DNA of 64,000 bases from Nitrosopumilaceae archaeon (GTDB lineage Archaea; Thermoproteota; Nitrososphaeria; Nitrososphaerales; Nitrosopumilaceae): contig JBMSGE010000002.1 in NCBI GenBank assembly GCA_049414205.1, forward strand, positions 7,207 to 71,206, in the 5' to 3' direction. A program made the position numbers and the translations under genes. Shown here one piece after another: positions 53,838-64,000 of the stretch (the first letter of the stretch is position 1; every line of letters begins with the position of its first letter). A model generated the notes under the pieces. The model was given only the letters and a program-made list of their open reading frames with translations, did not search any database and was not told where the DNA came from.

Positions 53838-54983
53838 ATGGAATATCTATCAATGCTTCCGGGTCCAACAAACGTACCTAATAGAGTAATGAGAGCAATG
53901 CTCGCACCAATCATTAATCATAGAAGTGATGATTTTGTAGAGCTATACACTGACGTGGTAGATAAAACACAGCAAGTATTTGAAACTAAAAATGATATTG
54001 TAGCATTATCGGCATCTGGAACCGGTGCTGTTGAGGCAGGAGTTGTTAATTTGGTAAAGAAGGGTGATAAAGTCATTATTCCCGTTAACGGTGAATTTAG
54101 TAACAGGTTATCACAATTAATTGAAGGCCAAGGTGCAAATGTTGTAAAACTTGAAACTCCACCAGGACAAAATGCAACTTTTGATCAAGTGAAAGAAGCA
54201 TTTGACAATAACAAAGACGTCAAAGCATTCTATGTCGTTCACAATGAAACTTCAACAGGAACCATGGTAAATTATCTCGATAAAGTATCTGACTTGACAT
54301 CAAGAAATGACGCATTTTATGTAGTAGACTCAGTATCGTTGCTAGGTGGAGCACCACTTCCAGTAGACAAATGGAACATAGATGTATGTATGACTGGTGC
54401 ACAAAAAGCAATAGCTGCACCTCCAGGAATCTCACCAATTTCAGTCAGTGCTAAAGCCAAAAAGTACATGATTGAAAATCCACCATCTACAATGTATTTC
54501 AATTTAGCAAGATATTTCAAATATTATGATGAGGAAAAACACACTCCATTTACACCTGCATTGCCTTTACTTTATGCATATAGAGAAGCTCTTTCAATTT
54601 TACTAGAAGAAGGTCTACAAAATGTCTTTAATCGTCATAAAATTTGTTCAGATGCATTATATTCTGGACTTAGTGCAATGGGACTTTCTCCATTTGCTAA
54701 AGAAGAAGATCGTTCAATCTCAATTGTTGCATTGAATTATCTTGATGGACTTGAAGACAAGACTTTCAGAAATACACTTGCTAACAAATTCAAAGTTCTA
54801 GTTGCTGGAGGATTTGGAAATCTTAAAGGTAAAGTTTTCAGAGTTGGCTGTATGGGTGAAGTTAGTCCATATCATGTAATGCGAACTATTTCTGCAATTT
54901 CATCAACATTAGCAATGATGGGATATCAAGTAGATGCCCAAGCAGGTCTCAAAACAGCAGAAGAAAAACTAAAAGCTCTCTAA
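53838..54983 (+). CDS. class V aminotransferase (serine/alanine-glyoxylate or phosphoserine aminotransferase type)
   Basis: 'MLPGPTNVP..V..AM', 'HNETSTG' and 'TGAQKAIAAPPG' (PLP Lys). Confidence 0.85.
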   Translation: MEYLSMLPGPTNVPNRVMRAMLAPIINHRSDDFVELYTDVVDKTQQVFETKNDIVALSASGTGAVEAGVVNLVKKGDKVIIPVNGEFSNRLSQLIEGQGANVVKLETPPGQNATFDQVKEAFDNNKDVKAFYVVHNETSTGTMVNYLDKVSDLTSRNDAFYVVDSVSLLGGAPLPVDKWNIDVCMTGAQKAIAAPPGISPISVSAKAKKYMIENPPSTMYFNLARYFKYYDEEKHTPFTPALPLLYAYREALSILLEEGLQNVFNRHKICSDALYSGLSAMGLSPFAKEEDRSISIVALNYLDGLEDKTFRNTLANKFKVLVAGGFGNLKGKVFRVGCMGEVSPYHVMRTISAISSTLAMMGYQVDAQAGLKTAEEKLKAL

Positions 54984-55024
54984 ACCATGTTAACTTAATA
55001 TAAGGAAATTCGAGAGCGAACACA

Positions 55025-55774
55025 TTGACTTTCGATAAAGGTTCATTGATACTAATTGATTATGTTGCAAAAGTAAAAGACAGCGACGAAGTATTTGATA
55101 CCACTATCGAAGAAGAAGCAAAAAAACATTCAATTCACGAGTCCGGCGTAAAATATTCGCCAAAACTAGTTTCTGTTGGAGAAGTTTCTTATCCAGTTCT
55201 CAAAGGACTTGATGAAGCATTAACAAAAACTGCAGTTGGGGATAAACTTACAGTTGAAGTTACTCCTGACAAAGGTTTCGGAGAGCGTGATTCAACCAAG
55301 GTCAGAATGATTCCAATTAGAAAACTAGGTGAAGATGCTGACAAAGTTACCGTAGGTGATACCATTGAAATTGATAACAAAAGAGGAATTATTCGCTTTA
55401 TTGGCTCAGGCCGAGTACAAATTGATTATAATCACAAATACGCAGGTAAAACAATTCTTTATGATGTCAATGTAATCAAATCACTTGAATCTGAAAGCGA
55501 CAAAGTTGACGGAATCTTAAAAAATCGATTACCAATTGAAGATGATAAAATTAATTTTTCAGTTAAAGACAAAGAAGCAAACATTTCAATTCCTGAAGAA
55601 ATATTCAGGGCTGATGGCCTTCAAATTATGAAACACTTTATCCAAATGGATATTTTCAAATTTGTTCCAACTTTAGAAAAAATTAACTTCATTGAAACCC
55701 ACCAAAACAAACAAGCTCAATCTAAAAAAACTGAAACTAAAGAAGCAAAGGCACCTGAACCAAAAACTGCTTAA
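55025..55774 (+). CDS. FKBP-type peptidyl-prolyl isomerase (long archaeal type)
   Basis: 'LIDYVAKVKDSDEVFDTT' and 'FGERD', with an IF-insert-like region. TTG start. Confidence 0.8.
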   Translation: MTFDKGSLILIDYVAKVKDSDEVFDTTIEEEAKKHSIHESGVKYSPKLVSVGEVSYPVLKGLDEALTKTAVGDKLTVEVTPDKGFGERDSTKVRMIPIRKLGEDADKVTVGDTIEIDNKRGIIRFIGSGRVQIDYNHKYAGKTILYDVNVIKSLESESDKVDGILKNRLPIEDDKINFSVKDKEANISIPEEIFRADGLQIMKHFIQMDIFKFVPTLEKINFIETHQNKQAQSKKTETKEAKAPEPKTA

Positions 55775-55775
55775 C

Positions 55776-56840
55776 TCAAATAACTTTTGTACTCTTTGCT
55801 AAATTCGTAGCTTTCTGTTCTGTCATTTCAATTTCTTTTAAAATTGTATATCTTTCAGGTCTTAATTCTTGAGCTATCATTAATGCATCAACAATTTGGT
55901 CTTCTGTCAAACCAACTTGTTTTGCCGAAGTAGGGGCACCAACTTCTTTTAATGTCTTGATGATTTTCTTCCAATCTTGACCTTGTAATTTTGCCATCAT
56001 GATTGATCCTATGCCACATTTTTCTCCATGCAAACCCTTACCAGGTGCTATTTTGTCTAATGCGTGAGAAAAAAGATGTTCTGCACCAGAACATGGTCTA
56101 CTACTTCCAGCAATACAGGAAGCAACACCAGCACTGATTAATGCCTCAACAATAACTCTGGCATCTAATCCTTTTTGGGAATATTTTCTAGAATTCTCCA
56201 TCACAATTTTAGCACTCATTAAAGCCAAATCTGCAGAATACATTCCATAATATTCACCAGTTTTTTTATGACCCAATTGCCAATCTTTGACTGCTATTAT
56301 GTTAGCAATTAGATCTCCACATCCACTTGCTAGAAGCTTAGCTGGTGCTTTTTTGATTATATCTATATCCACAAAGACTCCTAAGGGAGCAGTTGCTACT
56401 ATCGAATGAGGCTTATCACTTTTTACAGAAACAAACGGACTTGCCATTCCATCATGAGAAGCAGCTGTTGGAAGACTAACAAATGGAATATCTAGATTAA
56501 ATGAAACCATTTTAGCAGTATCTACCGAACGACCGCCTCCAATACCTGCAACTAGATCGCTATGATCTTTTTTAACATCCTTTTGAATTTGATTTAATGT
56601 ACTAATTTGATTGTCTTTTGATGTATGCCAAACAAATTTGATCTGTTTTTCTTTTAATGATTTTTCAATTTTTTGCTTAAGAATTTTTTTAACATTAACG
56701 CCTGAAATTAATGAAACTTTTTTAGGTTTATTCAAAGAAAATAGGAATTCCCCAAATTCATTGATATTTTTCTCACCAACCACAATCAGTCTTGGTAACT
56801 CCATGGTATGAGATTGCATGCGTTTTTCCTTTTTTGTCAC
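55776..56840 (-). CDS. egsA: sn-glycerol-1-phosphate dehydrogenase
   Basis: 'GIGGGRSVDTAKM', 'ASHDG', 'GDLIAN' and 'SGAEHLFSHALD'. Confidence 0.9.
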   Translation of the reverse strand: MTKKEKRMQSHTMELPRLIVVGEKNINEFGEFLFSLNKPKKVSLISGVNVKKILKQKIEKSLKEKQIKFVWHTSKDNQISTLNQIQKDVKKDHSDLVAGIGGGRSVDTAKMVSFNLDIPFVSLPTAASHDGMASPFVSVKSDKPHSIVATAPLGVFVDIDIIKKAPAKLLASGCGDLIANIIAVKDWQLGHKKTGEYYGMYSADLALMSAKIVMENSRKYSQKGLDARVIVEALISAGVASCIAGSSRPCSGAEHLFSHALDKIAPGKGLHGEKCGIGSIMMAKLQGQDWKKIIKTLKEVGAPTSAKQVGLTEDQIVDALMIAQELRPERYTILKEIEMTEQKATNLAKSTKVI

Positions 56841-56883
56841 TATTTATCATTTCAAGAGATCAAAAAGTTATTTAAAAGGGTGA

Positions 56884-57549
56884 ATGCCATGTACAATATC
56901 TCTAAAGGTGTATCTTTTGTCAAATAATGTTCAAGAAAAAATTCTCCACGGAACTACCACTGTAGGTATCAAAGCCAAAGATGGTATTGTTTTATGTGCA
57001 GATATGCGTGCTAGTGCAGGCTACTTTATTGCAAACAACAATACCATGAAAATACAAAAAATCGATCATCATGCAGGATTAACTTTGGCAGGCGGCGTGG
57101 CTGACGCTCAAAATATTGTAGATGTCTTACGTTATCATTCAAATCTTCATAGAGTTGAAAAGCATGGACCGATCTCAATTCATTCTCTTAGTCGATTATG
57201 TTCCCTGATATTTCATCAAAATCGAGGTTATCCATTCATGGCAGATATTCTCCTTGGAGGATATGATGCAAATGGTCCAGCATTGTTTAATGTTGATATG
57301 TTTGGATCTGTTGAAGAAAAAAACTATGTAACTACTGGAAGTGGTTCTCCTGTAGCCTATGGACTATTAGAAGAGGAATATCGTCCTGACCTCACAGTAG
57401 AAGAAGCAAAGAAAGTTGCTTTAAGAGCAGTAAAAGCTGCAATTGTAAGAAACATTGGAACTGGTGATGGAATCAATGTTGCAATTATGGACAAAGATGG
57501 ATTCCGCCTTTTAACTGATGAACAAAAGAAAGCAATCATTGAACTTTAG
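56884..57549 (+). CDS. psmB: proteasome subunit beta
   Basis: Propeptide followed by 'HGTTTVGIKAKDGIVLCAD'. The start codon is uncertain. Confidence 0.9.
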   Translation: MPCTISLKVYLLSNNVQEKILHGTTTVGIKAKDGIVLCADMRASAGYFIANNNTMKIQKIDHHAGLTLAGGVADAQNIVDVLRYHSNLHRVEKHGPISIHSLSRLCSLIFHQNRGYPFMADILLGGYDANGPALFNVDMFGSVEEKNYVTTGSGSPVAYGLLEEEYRPDLTVEEAKKVALRAVKAAIVRNIGTGDGINVAIMDKDGFRLLTDEQKKAIIEL

Positions 57550-57591
57550 AAAATTAACGAATTACATCTTTCATCATACTTTAGTGATTTA

Positions 57592-59529
57592 ATGCAAAGG
57601 AAATTACAAGAAAAAGAATTACCAACTAGCCAAAATATAATGGCCACTATACTGCAAAGTATTCCCAAAGAAGCCAATCTTACCAAAATTGAATATGAAG
57701 GACCAAGAATTGCACTTTATACAAACTCACCACGATATCTTCTAGAACATAACGACACAATTTCAAATCTTGTAAACATTATCAAAAAAAGAATTGTTGT
57801 AAGAACAGATGAATCAATAAGAAAACCTGAAGATGAAGCAAGAAAAATAATTGCCGAGTGCGTACCTGAAGACGCTAAACTTCAAGGTACAGTCTTTGAT
57901 ATAGCTACTGGCGAAGTATCAATTGAGGCAAAAAGACCTTGGCTTCTACAAAGAAATGCAAAAGAATTCAATCATGCCGAAGTAACTGAAAAAACAGGTT
58001 GGAAAATACGAGTTAGAAAAGCAACAACTGTTCCTTCTCGTACTATTCAGACCATTAAGGCCACTCTAAAACAGTCTGCAACAGATAGAAGTCGACAATT
58101 AAGAGAAATTGGAGACGAAATTTTTAGACCCAGAATTTCTCAAAGAACTGAAGTTTCTCTATTTACACTAGGAGGATTTGGCCAAGTAGGAAGATCTTCC
58201 ATGTTGTTATCTACTCCTGAAAGCAAAATTTTGATTGATTGTGGAGTAAATCCAGGCGCAAGGTCTCCAATGGATGCATACCCGAGATTAGATTCACTCA
58301 ACCTTACATTAGATGACCTTGATGCAGTTGTAATTGGTCATGCTCATTTGGATCACACTGGTTTTCTACCTACTTTATGCAAATATGGATACAAAGGACC
58401 GATTTATTGTACGGAACCAACACTTCCTATGATGAATCTAATTCAATTAGATGCAATCAAAGTTGCAGCTGCACAAGGAAGAAATCCAATCTATTCAGAA
58501 CGGGATGTTAAACAAATTATGAGACAAACTATTACTCTTCCGTATGGAACTGTTACCGATATTTCTCCTGACATTAAATTAGTTCTTGCAAATGCAGGTC
58601 ATATTCTAGGTTCTGCTTTATGTCACTTCCATATTGGAAATGGTGATCATAATTTTGTTTATTCTGGCGATATTAAATTCGGAAAAAGCATTCTGTTTGA
58701 AGCAGCAAGTTGGAATTTCCCAAGAGTTGAAACATTACTAATAGAGAGTACTTATGGTCTAAAAGAAGACATACAACCAACAAGACAAGAGGTAGAATCT
58801 TCTTTCATTAATGCAGTAAATAATACACTAGCAGATGGAGGTAAAGTCCTTATTCCTATACCTGCCGTAGGAAGAGCCCAAGAAATAATGATGGTAATTG
58901 ATCACTACATGAAATCTGGTGAGATGGTTGAAGCACCAGTATTTACTGAAGGAATGATATCTGAGGCTTCGGCCATACATGAATCCTATCCTGAATATCT
59001 TGCACGAGAATTAAAACAAAAAATCTTAGAAACTGACGATAATCCATTTGATTCAGAATATTTCACAAATATTGAACATGCCGACGCAAGAGAAGAGCCT
59101 CTAAGAGAAGATTCCCCATGTATAATTTTGGCAACATCTGGAATGTTAGAAGGAGGCCCTGTTTTAGAATATTTCAAAAATATTGCACCAGATAAGAAAA
59201 GTAAGGTATTGTTTGTCTCATATCAAGTAAATGGAACTCTTGGTAGAAGAGTTTTAGATGGATCAAAACAAGTTTCCATGCTTGGAAAGGAAGGCAAAGT
59301 TGAAGTTGTTACAATAAACTGCGGAGTGGAAAAATTAGATGGATTCAGCGGACACAGCGATTATAATCAATTAATGTCATTTGTTCAACGATTAAGACCT
59401 AAACTAAGAAGAGTACTTGTAAATCACGGAGAAAGGAAAAAATCTGAAAATCTTGCAATGAATATCAGAAGAATGTATAGAATCCCATCTCACTATCCCC
59501 AAATTCAAGAAGCAATAAAATTATTTTAG
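57592..59529 (+). CDS. beta-CASP ribonuclease aCPSF1 (KH + metallo-beta-lactamase + beta-CASP)
   Basis: N-terminal KH repeats, 'HAHLDHTG' and beta-CASP motifs. 645 aa. Confidence 0.9.
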   Translation: MQRKLQEKELPTSQNIMATILQSIPKEANLTKIEYEGPRIALYTNSPRYLLEHNDTISNLVNIIKKRIVVRTDESIRKPEDEARKIIAECVPEDAKLQGTVFDIATGEVSIEAKRPWLLQRNAKEFNHAEVTEKTGWKIRVRKATTVPSRTIQTIKATLKQSATDRSRQLREIGDEIFRPRISQRTEVSLFTLGGFGQVGRSSMLLSTPESKILIDCGVNPGARSPMDAYPRLDSLNLTLDDLDAVVIGHAHLDHTGFLPTLCKYGYKGPIYCTEPTLPMMNLIQLDAIKVAAAQGRNPIYSERDVKQIMRQTITLPYGTVTDISPDIKLVLANAGHILGSALCHFHIGNGDHNFVYSGDIKFGKSILFEAASWNFPRVETLLIESTYGLKEDIQPTRQEVESSFINAVNNTLADGGKVLIPIPAVGRAQEIMMVIDHYMKSGEMVEAPVFTEGMISEASAIHESYPEYLARELKQKILETDDNPFDSEYFTNIEHADAREEPLREDSPCIILATSGMLEGGPVLEYFKNIAPDKKSKVLFVSYQVNGTLGRRVLDGSKQVSMLGKEGKVEVVTINCGVEKLDGFSGHSDYNQLMSFVQRLRPKLRRVLVNHGERKKSENLAMNIRRMYRIPSHYPQIQEAIKLF

Positions 59530-59799
59530 ATCATATTCAGGTTTCCAGATTTTAATGCTGGAGGGTGCAACAATAATTCTTTCTTCTCCTAATCTTGCAA
59601 TATCTGCACCAGCAGACTTGGCAATAGAATACAAATCCTCTACTACCTTACGAAGTTGTTCAACATCTTTTTGAGCTAATGGTGTCACTCTCAAAATCAA
59701 TATCATTCCCTTTTTGATATCTTCTTTTATTGAATGGACATCGCTAGCGTCACGAATAGTGATTGCTTTCAAGTAGGTTGGATTTTCCTGTTTTTGCAT
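59521..59799 (-). CDS. SepF-like (DUF552) protein
   Basis: 'IKEDIKKGMILILRVTPLAQKD...AGADIARLGEERIIVAP' matches the archaeal SepF core pattern. Confidence 0.6.
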   Translation of the reverse strand: MQKQENPTYLKAITIRDASDVHSIKEDIKKGMILILRVTPLAQKDVEQLRKVVEDLYSIAKSAGADIARLGEERIIVAPSSIKIWKPEYDLK

Positions 59800-59872
59800 C
59801 CTTGATGAAAATGCGATCTACTCCCTCAAAAACTCTTCCTTAGTTTTGACTAATTTAAGTAAAATTTCACGC

Positions 59873-60991
59873 CTAGATTCTAAATTTAATGTAAGACTCT
59901 TCTTTTGCAGAATTTGCAATTACTTCATCTTGTGTTTTATCTTTGGTTACTCTAACATAATTTTGGTTATCTTTTGGAGCATCAGAATATCTGAGAGTAA
60001 CTGAAGATGCAAGTGAAATATGTTTATCAGCATTTTTTCCACGTAAAATAGATACAGGACCCATATGATCACGAGCTTCTAACAATATGTCATTAGGTAA
60101 TGCTATTGCTTTGATCATCTCATTTTCATCCTTGTTTCTTCCAACTACTAACTTTGTTTCTTCATCCAATCTAAGATGTCTTCCAATTTTTAATAGATCA
60201 ATGTCATTTATGGTTGGATTTTCTATATGATCAAACAAATCTTTAGCGCGTAATCCAAAAGCAGGATCTGTCAAAAGACATCCACCACCAGCATTAGGCG
60301 GATTTTCAATTCCATATTTTTTTGCCATTTCCAATTGTCCTTTTCTTGTTCTCCCTCTTATCATTCCAAGATCTTCTCTTTTGATGAGGCCTTCCTTTTC
60401 TGGATCTGTTTCAGGAAGTAACCCTGCAGATAATGGTCTAACAATTTTTCCTAATAGACCTGTATCTTTTTCAATGGTTCTTAATGCTGGAGCATGTTGG
60501 CTCATTGGTCGCTGACCAAGAACTTCTCCTGATATAATAAATTCAGCACCGATCTCATCCATGTGTTTTTTTGCAGCTTCAAACATCATGGACCTACAAT
60601 CTACACATGGATTGAATCCTGCACCCATTCCATGTTTTGGATGCTTTAGCATTTCGATGTATTCATCTCCAAGATAAACTGTCTTTAAATTTACATTAAG
60701 ATCATCTGCCCTTTCTCTAATTTCAAATCCACATCCTCGCCCACAATCAAAATCACAAAAGGGTGTTTTTATTGCAACAGCTGATACATCAAATCCTTGT
60801 TCTTGCATCATTCTTACAGCGAGTTGACTATCTAATCCGCCAGATAGTAAGGCAACAACTTTCTTTTTCTCTTCAGTCACATTTGTCCAAATCCAAATTC
60901 GTATATACAAACTTTGCATCATACATAAATTAAGAAAAGTTGATGATTTTTTGTGAAGGATAGAAGAAAAAAACTCCTCAAGTTTGCTCAA
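59873..60991 (-). CDS. PP-loop ATP pyrophosphatase, MnmA/ThiI-like tRNA sulfurtransferase family
   Basis: 'VVALLSGGLDS', with Cys motifs CDFDCGRGC and CVDC. The real start is probably downstream of 60991, which overlaps the divergent gene. Confidence 0.7.
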   Translation of the reverse strand: MSKLEEFFSSILHKKSSTFLNLCMMQSLYIRIWIWTNVTEEKKKVVALLSGGLDSQLAVRMMQEQGFDVSAVAIKTPFCDFDCGRGCGFEIRERADDLNVNLKTVYLGDEYIEMLKHPKHGMGAGFNPCVDCRSMMFEAAKKHMDEIGAEFIISGEVLGQRPMSQHAPALRTIEKDTGLLGKIVRPLSAGLLPETDPEKEGLIKREDLGMIRGRTRKGQLEMAKKYGIENPPNAGGGCLLTDPAFGLRAKDLFDHIENPTINDIDLLKIGRHLRLDEETKLVVGRNKDENEMIKAIALPNDILLEARDHMGPVSILRGKNADKHISLASSVTLRYSDAPKDNQNYVRVTKDKTQDEVIANSAKEESYIKFRI

Positions 60992-62017
60992 AAAGTAAAT
61001 TGTGATACTTTAGTAACATTTGAGCCTGAAAATCTGTTCTATTTAACAGGATTTTGGGGAGAAGCTATAGGATTACTAGAAAAAAATGGAAATACTTCAA
61101 TTATTGCTCCTGAATTAGAAGTTGGACGTGCTATTGAAGAATCCCAGGATTGTAATGTTATAACAGGAGAAAGAGGGATCGGCTTACTTTCTACACTAAT
61201 CTCAAAAATCAAGAAAAACAAAGTATGTACTGATTGTAACGACTATTCAATAATGACATCATTGAAAAAATCAATTCCTAAAATAACATCCTCCACTGAG
61301 CCATTTTATAATTCTCGAATCATCAAAGATGAAAATGAAATAAAAATTCTCAAAAAAGGTTCAAAAATAATTGATGAAATGTTTGAAATTTGTGCTAAAA
61401 AGATGAAAGTTGGTCAAAAAGAATCAGAACTACAAGCAATCCTAATGGGGTATGCTATTGAACAAGGAATGTTTGATACTGGATACAAATCGACCCTTAA
61501 TCCATTAATTATTGCAGGGGGTCCAAATGGGGCTTTACCTCACGCTCAGGTTACTCAAAGAAAATTCAAGAAAGGTGATCTTGTTGTAGTTGATTTAACT
61601 CTGAGATACAAAGGATATGTCTCTGATTCTACAAGGACATTTGCAATTGGAAAAATCTCTAAACAAGCAAATGAAGCATATGAAATAGTCAAACAATCAC
61701 AAAAACTTGGATTACAAGCTACTAAACCCAATGTAAATTGTAAAGATGTAGATTTTGCATGTCGTAAATTCATAGAAGAAAAAAATTATGGTAAATACTT
61801 TATTCACTCAACCGGACACGGTATTGGATTAGAAGTACATGAAGTTCCTACAGTTTCTTATCGAAGTGAAACTAAACTAAAAGAAAATATGGCAATCACA
61901 GTAGAACCTGGGATCTACATTCCAAACAAATTTGGAATTAGAATAGAAGATTCTTTGATTGTAAAACAAAAACCAGTTATCATGCATAAATTTACAAAGG
62001 ATTTAGTAACCATTTGA
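60953..62017 (+). CDS. M24-family Xaa-Pro aminopeptidase
   Basis: 'HSTGHGIGLEVHE' and 'VEPGIY...GIRIED'. GTG start. Confidence 0.85.
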   Translation: MKDRRKKLLKFAQKVNCDTLVTFEPENLFYLTGFWGEAIGLLEKNGNTSIIAPELEVGRAIEESQDCNVITGERGIGLLSTLISKIKKNKVCTDCNDYSIMTSLKKSIPKITSSTEPFYNSRIIKDENEIKILKKGSKIIDEMFEICAKKMKVGQKESELQAILMGYAIEQGMFDTGYKSTLNPLIIAGGPNGALPHAQVTQRKFKKGDLVVVDLTLRYKGYVSDSTRTFAIGKISKQANEAYEIVKQSQKLGLQATKPNVNCKDVDFACRKFIEEKNYGKYFIHSTGHGIGLEVHEVPTVSYRSETKLKENMAITVEPGIYIPNKFGIRIEDSLIVKQKPVIMHKFTKDLVTI

Positions 62018-62034
62018 GCCTATTTTTTGCAATT

Positions 62035-62520
62035 TTAATCATAAAAATCCACTATATCAATAATGTATTTTGAATCTTTATCATTTCCATCAATCTCCCC
62101 ATTTTGCATATTTAGATTCCAATCATAGTGAAGATCTTCTTTGTATGATTGAAAATCAAAAATTACTTGATACTGCTCCCCTTCTAATTTAGTAACAGAA
62201 ACATCTACTTTGGTTTTTTTATTATCGTAGATTTTTTCGTTAGGATAATTGTCACTTATTTGATTAGATATTGCATCCATAATACTTAGTCCTTCATCAT
62301 TAGGACCCTTGTAAGACATTAAAGTATCAACTACTAATCGTTCATCATCAGAAAGGTCTTGTGGAAGACTACTCTGCAAATCCCCCTTAGTCAATTCTGG
62401 AACAATAAAGATAATCACAATAGCTATTACCGCCAAGTACACTGGTGCACGTTTTTTAAGGAATTTTTTAAATGGTGATTCTTTTGGTTTTTCTTCTTTC
62501 TTTTTTGAATCTCTTACCAT
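62035..62520 (-). CDS. membrane-anchored hypothetical protein
   Basis: Basic N-terminus plus TM helix 'VYLAVIAIVIIFIV'. Confidence 0.5.
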   Translation of the reverse strand: MVRDSKKKEEKPKESPFKKFLKKRAPVYLAVIAIVIIFIVPELTKGDLQSSLPQDLSDDERLVVDTLMSYKGPNDEGLSIMDAISNQISDNYPNEKIYDNKKTKVDVSVTKLEGEQYQVIFDFQSYKEDLHYDWNLNMQNGEIDGNDKDSKYIIDIVDFYD

Positions 62521-62526
62521 ATTTTC

Positions 62527-63375
62527 TCAATCTTTGTTTTTTGCAGTTAAAATTAAAACTTCCCAAGGAAATTTTATTGTTTTATCCTTTTGCATGAATG
62601 GTTTTACGTTTTCTCTTACCATATCCTTCAACTCTCTTCTTTGTTTTCTATCAAGGGTATCTAATTTTTCTTTTAATGGCTTTGCAACATATCTTAGGTA
62701 ATTTTGCCAATAGTTTTCAAATTTTCCAGGATTAAAATTGAAATTGAAATCTTGAACACTAATTTTTGAAAATCCTCCTTTTTTAATTTCGTTTTTCAAG
62801 GCCTTTTTTGTTCCAAATCTATCTAAATCAGGAGAACCAGGTGGAACATAATCTGGAATAAATTCCGTTACTGCATCAAAAATACTGCTAAAAAATGGGA
62901 CCTTTTGGGCTGCACCATGAACAGTTATGCCTAATTTTCCATCTTTTTGCAGATGTTTTTTCATATTTTTCAGGGCTTTTTGGGAATTTGGAAAAAAGAA
63001 CAATGCATATTGACATGTTATTACATTGAATTTTTTTGAAAAATGAAAATTTTCTGCATCCACATTTACAAAATCTAAATTTGATTTAGAGTTATTCCAT
63101 TTTTTTGCAATCTTTATTGCTCTAACTGATGTATCTCCACCTATAACAAAACCTGAATTACCAACCTTTTGTCTGATTTTTTTAGTAACTACTCCTGTAC
63201 CACATGCAAGATCAAAAACTCTATCACCTTTTTTTATATCTAATAATTGCACCAATTTTGATGTACTCGCAAATGGGCCCTGACTAATACTTGCCCATCT
63301 TTTATGATAACGAGGAGCTACTTCATTCCATATTGTAATATTCCTTTTTTTGTAATCTGTGGGATTAAATTTCAT
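62527..63375 (-). CDS. class I SAM-dependent methyltransferase
   Basis: Motif I 'VFDLACGTGVV'. Confidence 0.85.
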   Translation of the reverse strand: MKFNPTDYKKRNITIWNEVAPRYHKRWASISQGPFASTSKLVQLLDIKKGDRVFDLACGTGVVTKKIRQKVGNSGFVIGGDTSVRAIKIAKKWNNSKSNLDFVNVDAENFHFSKKFNVITCQYALFFFPNSQKALKNMKKHLQKDGKLGITVHGAAQKVPFFSSIFDAVTEFIPDYVPPGSPDLDRFGTKKALKNEIKKGGFSKISVQDFNFNFNPGKFENYWQNYLRYVAKPLKEKLDTLDRKQRRELKDMVRENVKPFMQKDKTIKFPWEVLILTAKNKD

Positions 63376-63401
63376 TTTATCCTTTTTTCCAAATTGACAT
63401 T

Positions 63402-63572
63402 TTATACCGTATTCTCCTTCAAATCTAATTCAAGATTTCTTCCTGTTTCATGATAATATCTATGTTCAATTTCTTCTGATTCTTTTTTTAATTTTTTATT
63501 TTTAGATTTTTTCATTTTAATTTGAATTTCTTGATATCGTGCAACTAATCTTCGAAGTTCTGATTTTTTCAT
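63402..63572 (-). CDS. possible basic microprotein (56 aa), start overlapping the coaBC stop (ATGA)
   Basis: Own translation: MKKSELRRLVARYQEIQIKMKKSKNKKLKKESEEIEHRYYHETGRNLELDLKENTV. Confidence 0.3.
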   Translation of the reverse strand: MKKSELRRLVARYQEIQIKMKKSKNKKLKKESEEIEHRYYHETGRNLELDLKENTV

Positions 63573-64000
63573 TGTATTTTGTCTTCAATTTCTTTTACGA
63601 TAAATTTGGCAATCTTTTCTTTGTTTTTCCATCCAGATGATCGTACTTTACCTGAATCAATAATCAACACTTCATTCTTGTTTATATTTTTCTGATATCT
63701 AGAACCAATGTCATTAGCTATAATCATATCTGCATCAGATTCCTTTAATTTCACTTGAGCTGCTTTCACCAAATCGGTTTTTGAAATATTTGCCTCAGCC
63801 TTGAAGCCTACCAACAGGACATTTTTTTGTGTTTTTTTAACTTGATCAATAATTTTTGGTGCCTTTTTGAGGCTAATATTGATCTTTTTTTGCGTACTTT
63901 TGATCTTTTTTCTGCTGGGATTTACAGGAGTATAATCTGCAGCTGCTGCAGCCATTATTACAATATCGAATTTTTTCTTCAATTCCACTTTTACAGCATC
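63569..64000 (-). CDS. coaBC: phosphopantothenoylcysteine synthetase/decarboxylase, C-terminal (CoaB) part; 5' end beyond the window
   Basis: 'IMAAAAADYTP....KIKS' and 'LVGFKAE...MIIANDI'. The frame stays open to position 64000. Confidence 0.8.
   Translation of the reverse strand, partial: DAVKVELKKKFDIVIMAAAAADYTPVNPSRKKIKSTQKKINISLKKAPKIIDQVKKTQKNVLLVGFKAEANISKTDLVKAAQVKLKESDADMIIANDIGSRYQKNINKNEVLIIDSGKVRSSGWKNKEKIAKFIVKEIEDKIQ

Noticed and set aside
1-64000. Search for CRISPR arrays, rRNA genes, integrases or transposases, and known defence-system genes.
   Set aside because: I saw no regularly spaced direct repeats, no rRNA-like GC-rich structured segments, and no recombinase or nuclease-helicase signatures typical of defence islands.

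Overview
AT-rich archaeal chromosomal segment. Gene content points to an ammonia-oxidising thaumarchaeon of the Nitrosopumilaceae type: two TFB paralogues, TFS, RpoL, PCNA, G1P dehydrogenase, proteasome beta, aCPSF1, Amt with four PII-family genes, a membrane-anchored cupredoxin, and the cobalamin genes cbiH and bluB. Coding density is high, many genes overlap by 1-11 nt, and start codons sit about 20 nt after a TATA box, implying leaderless mRNAs. I found two tRNAs; tRNA-Arg(CCU) carries an apparent D-loop intron. I saw no rRNA, CRISPR array or transposase. From 36 kb onward the window is mostly housekeeping. The most interesting part is a block at about 7.6-20.3 kb. About 12 transcription units there share a fixed-geometry promoter module: box TTRGCACTAG, 18-22 nt, TATA, 19-21 nt, start codon. 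The block encodes two TFB paralogues, several oxidoreductases, a DUF1722 protein, and a protein with a CarH-type AdoB12 photoreceptor signature (Wx9EH plus ExHxxG) on a non-MerR N-terminus. That gene lies tail-to-tail with a CrtI-like desaturase. I interpret the block as a candidate undescribed B12/light-responsive regulon. A second candidate system is a PII-like protein with a possible ribbon-helix-helix tail, next to three 11-bp tandem repeats in the glnB-like/amt divergent promoter. All functional calls come from motif recognition by eye and no searches were run.
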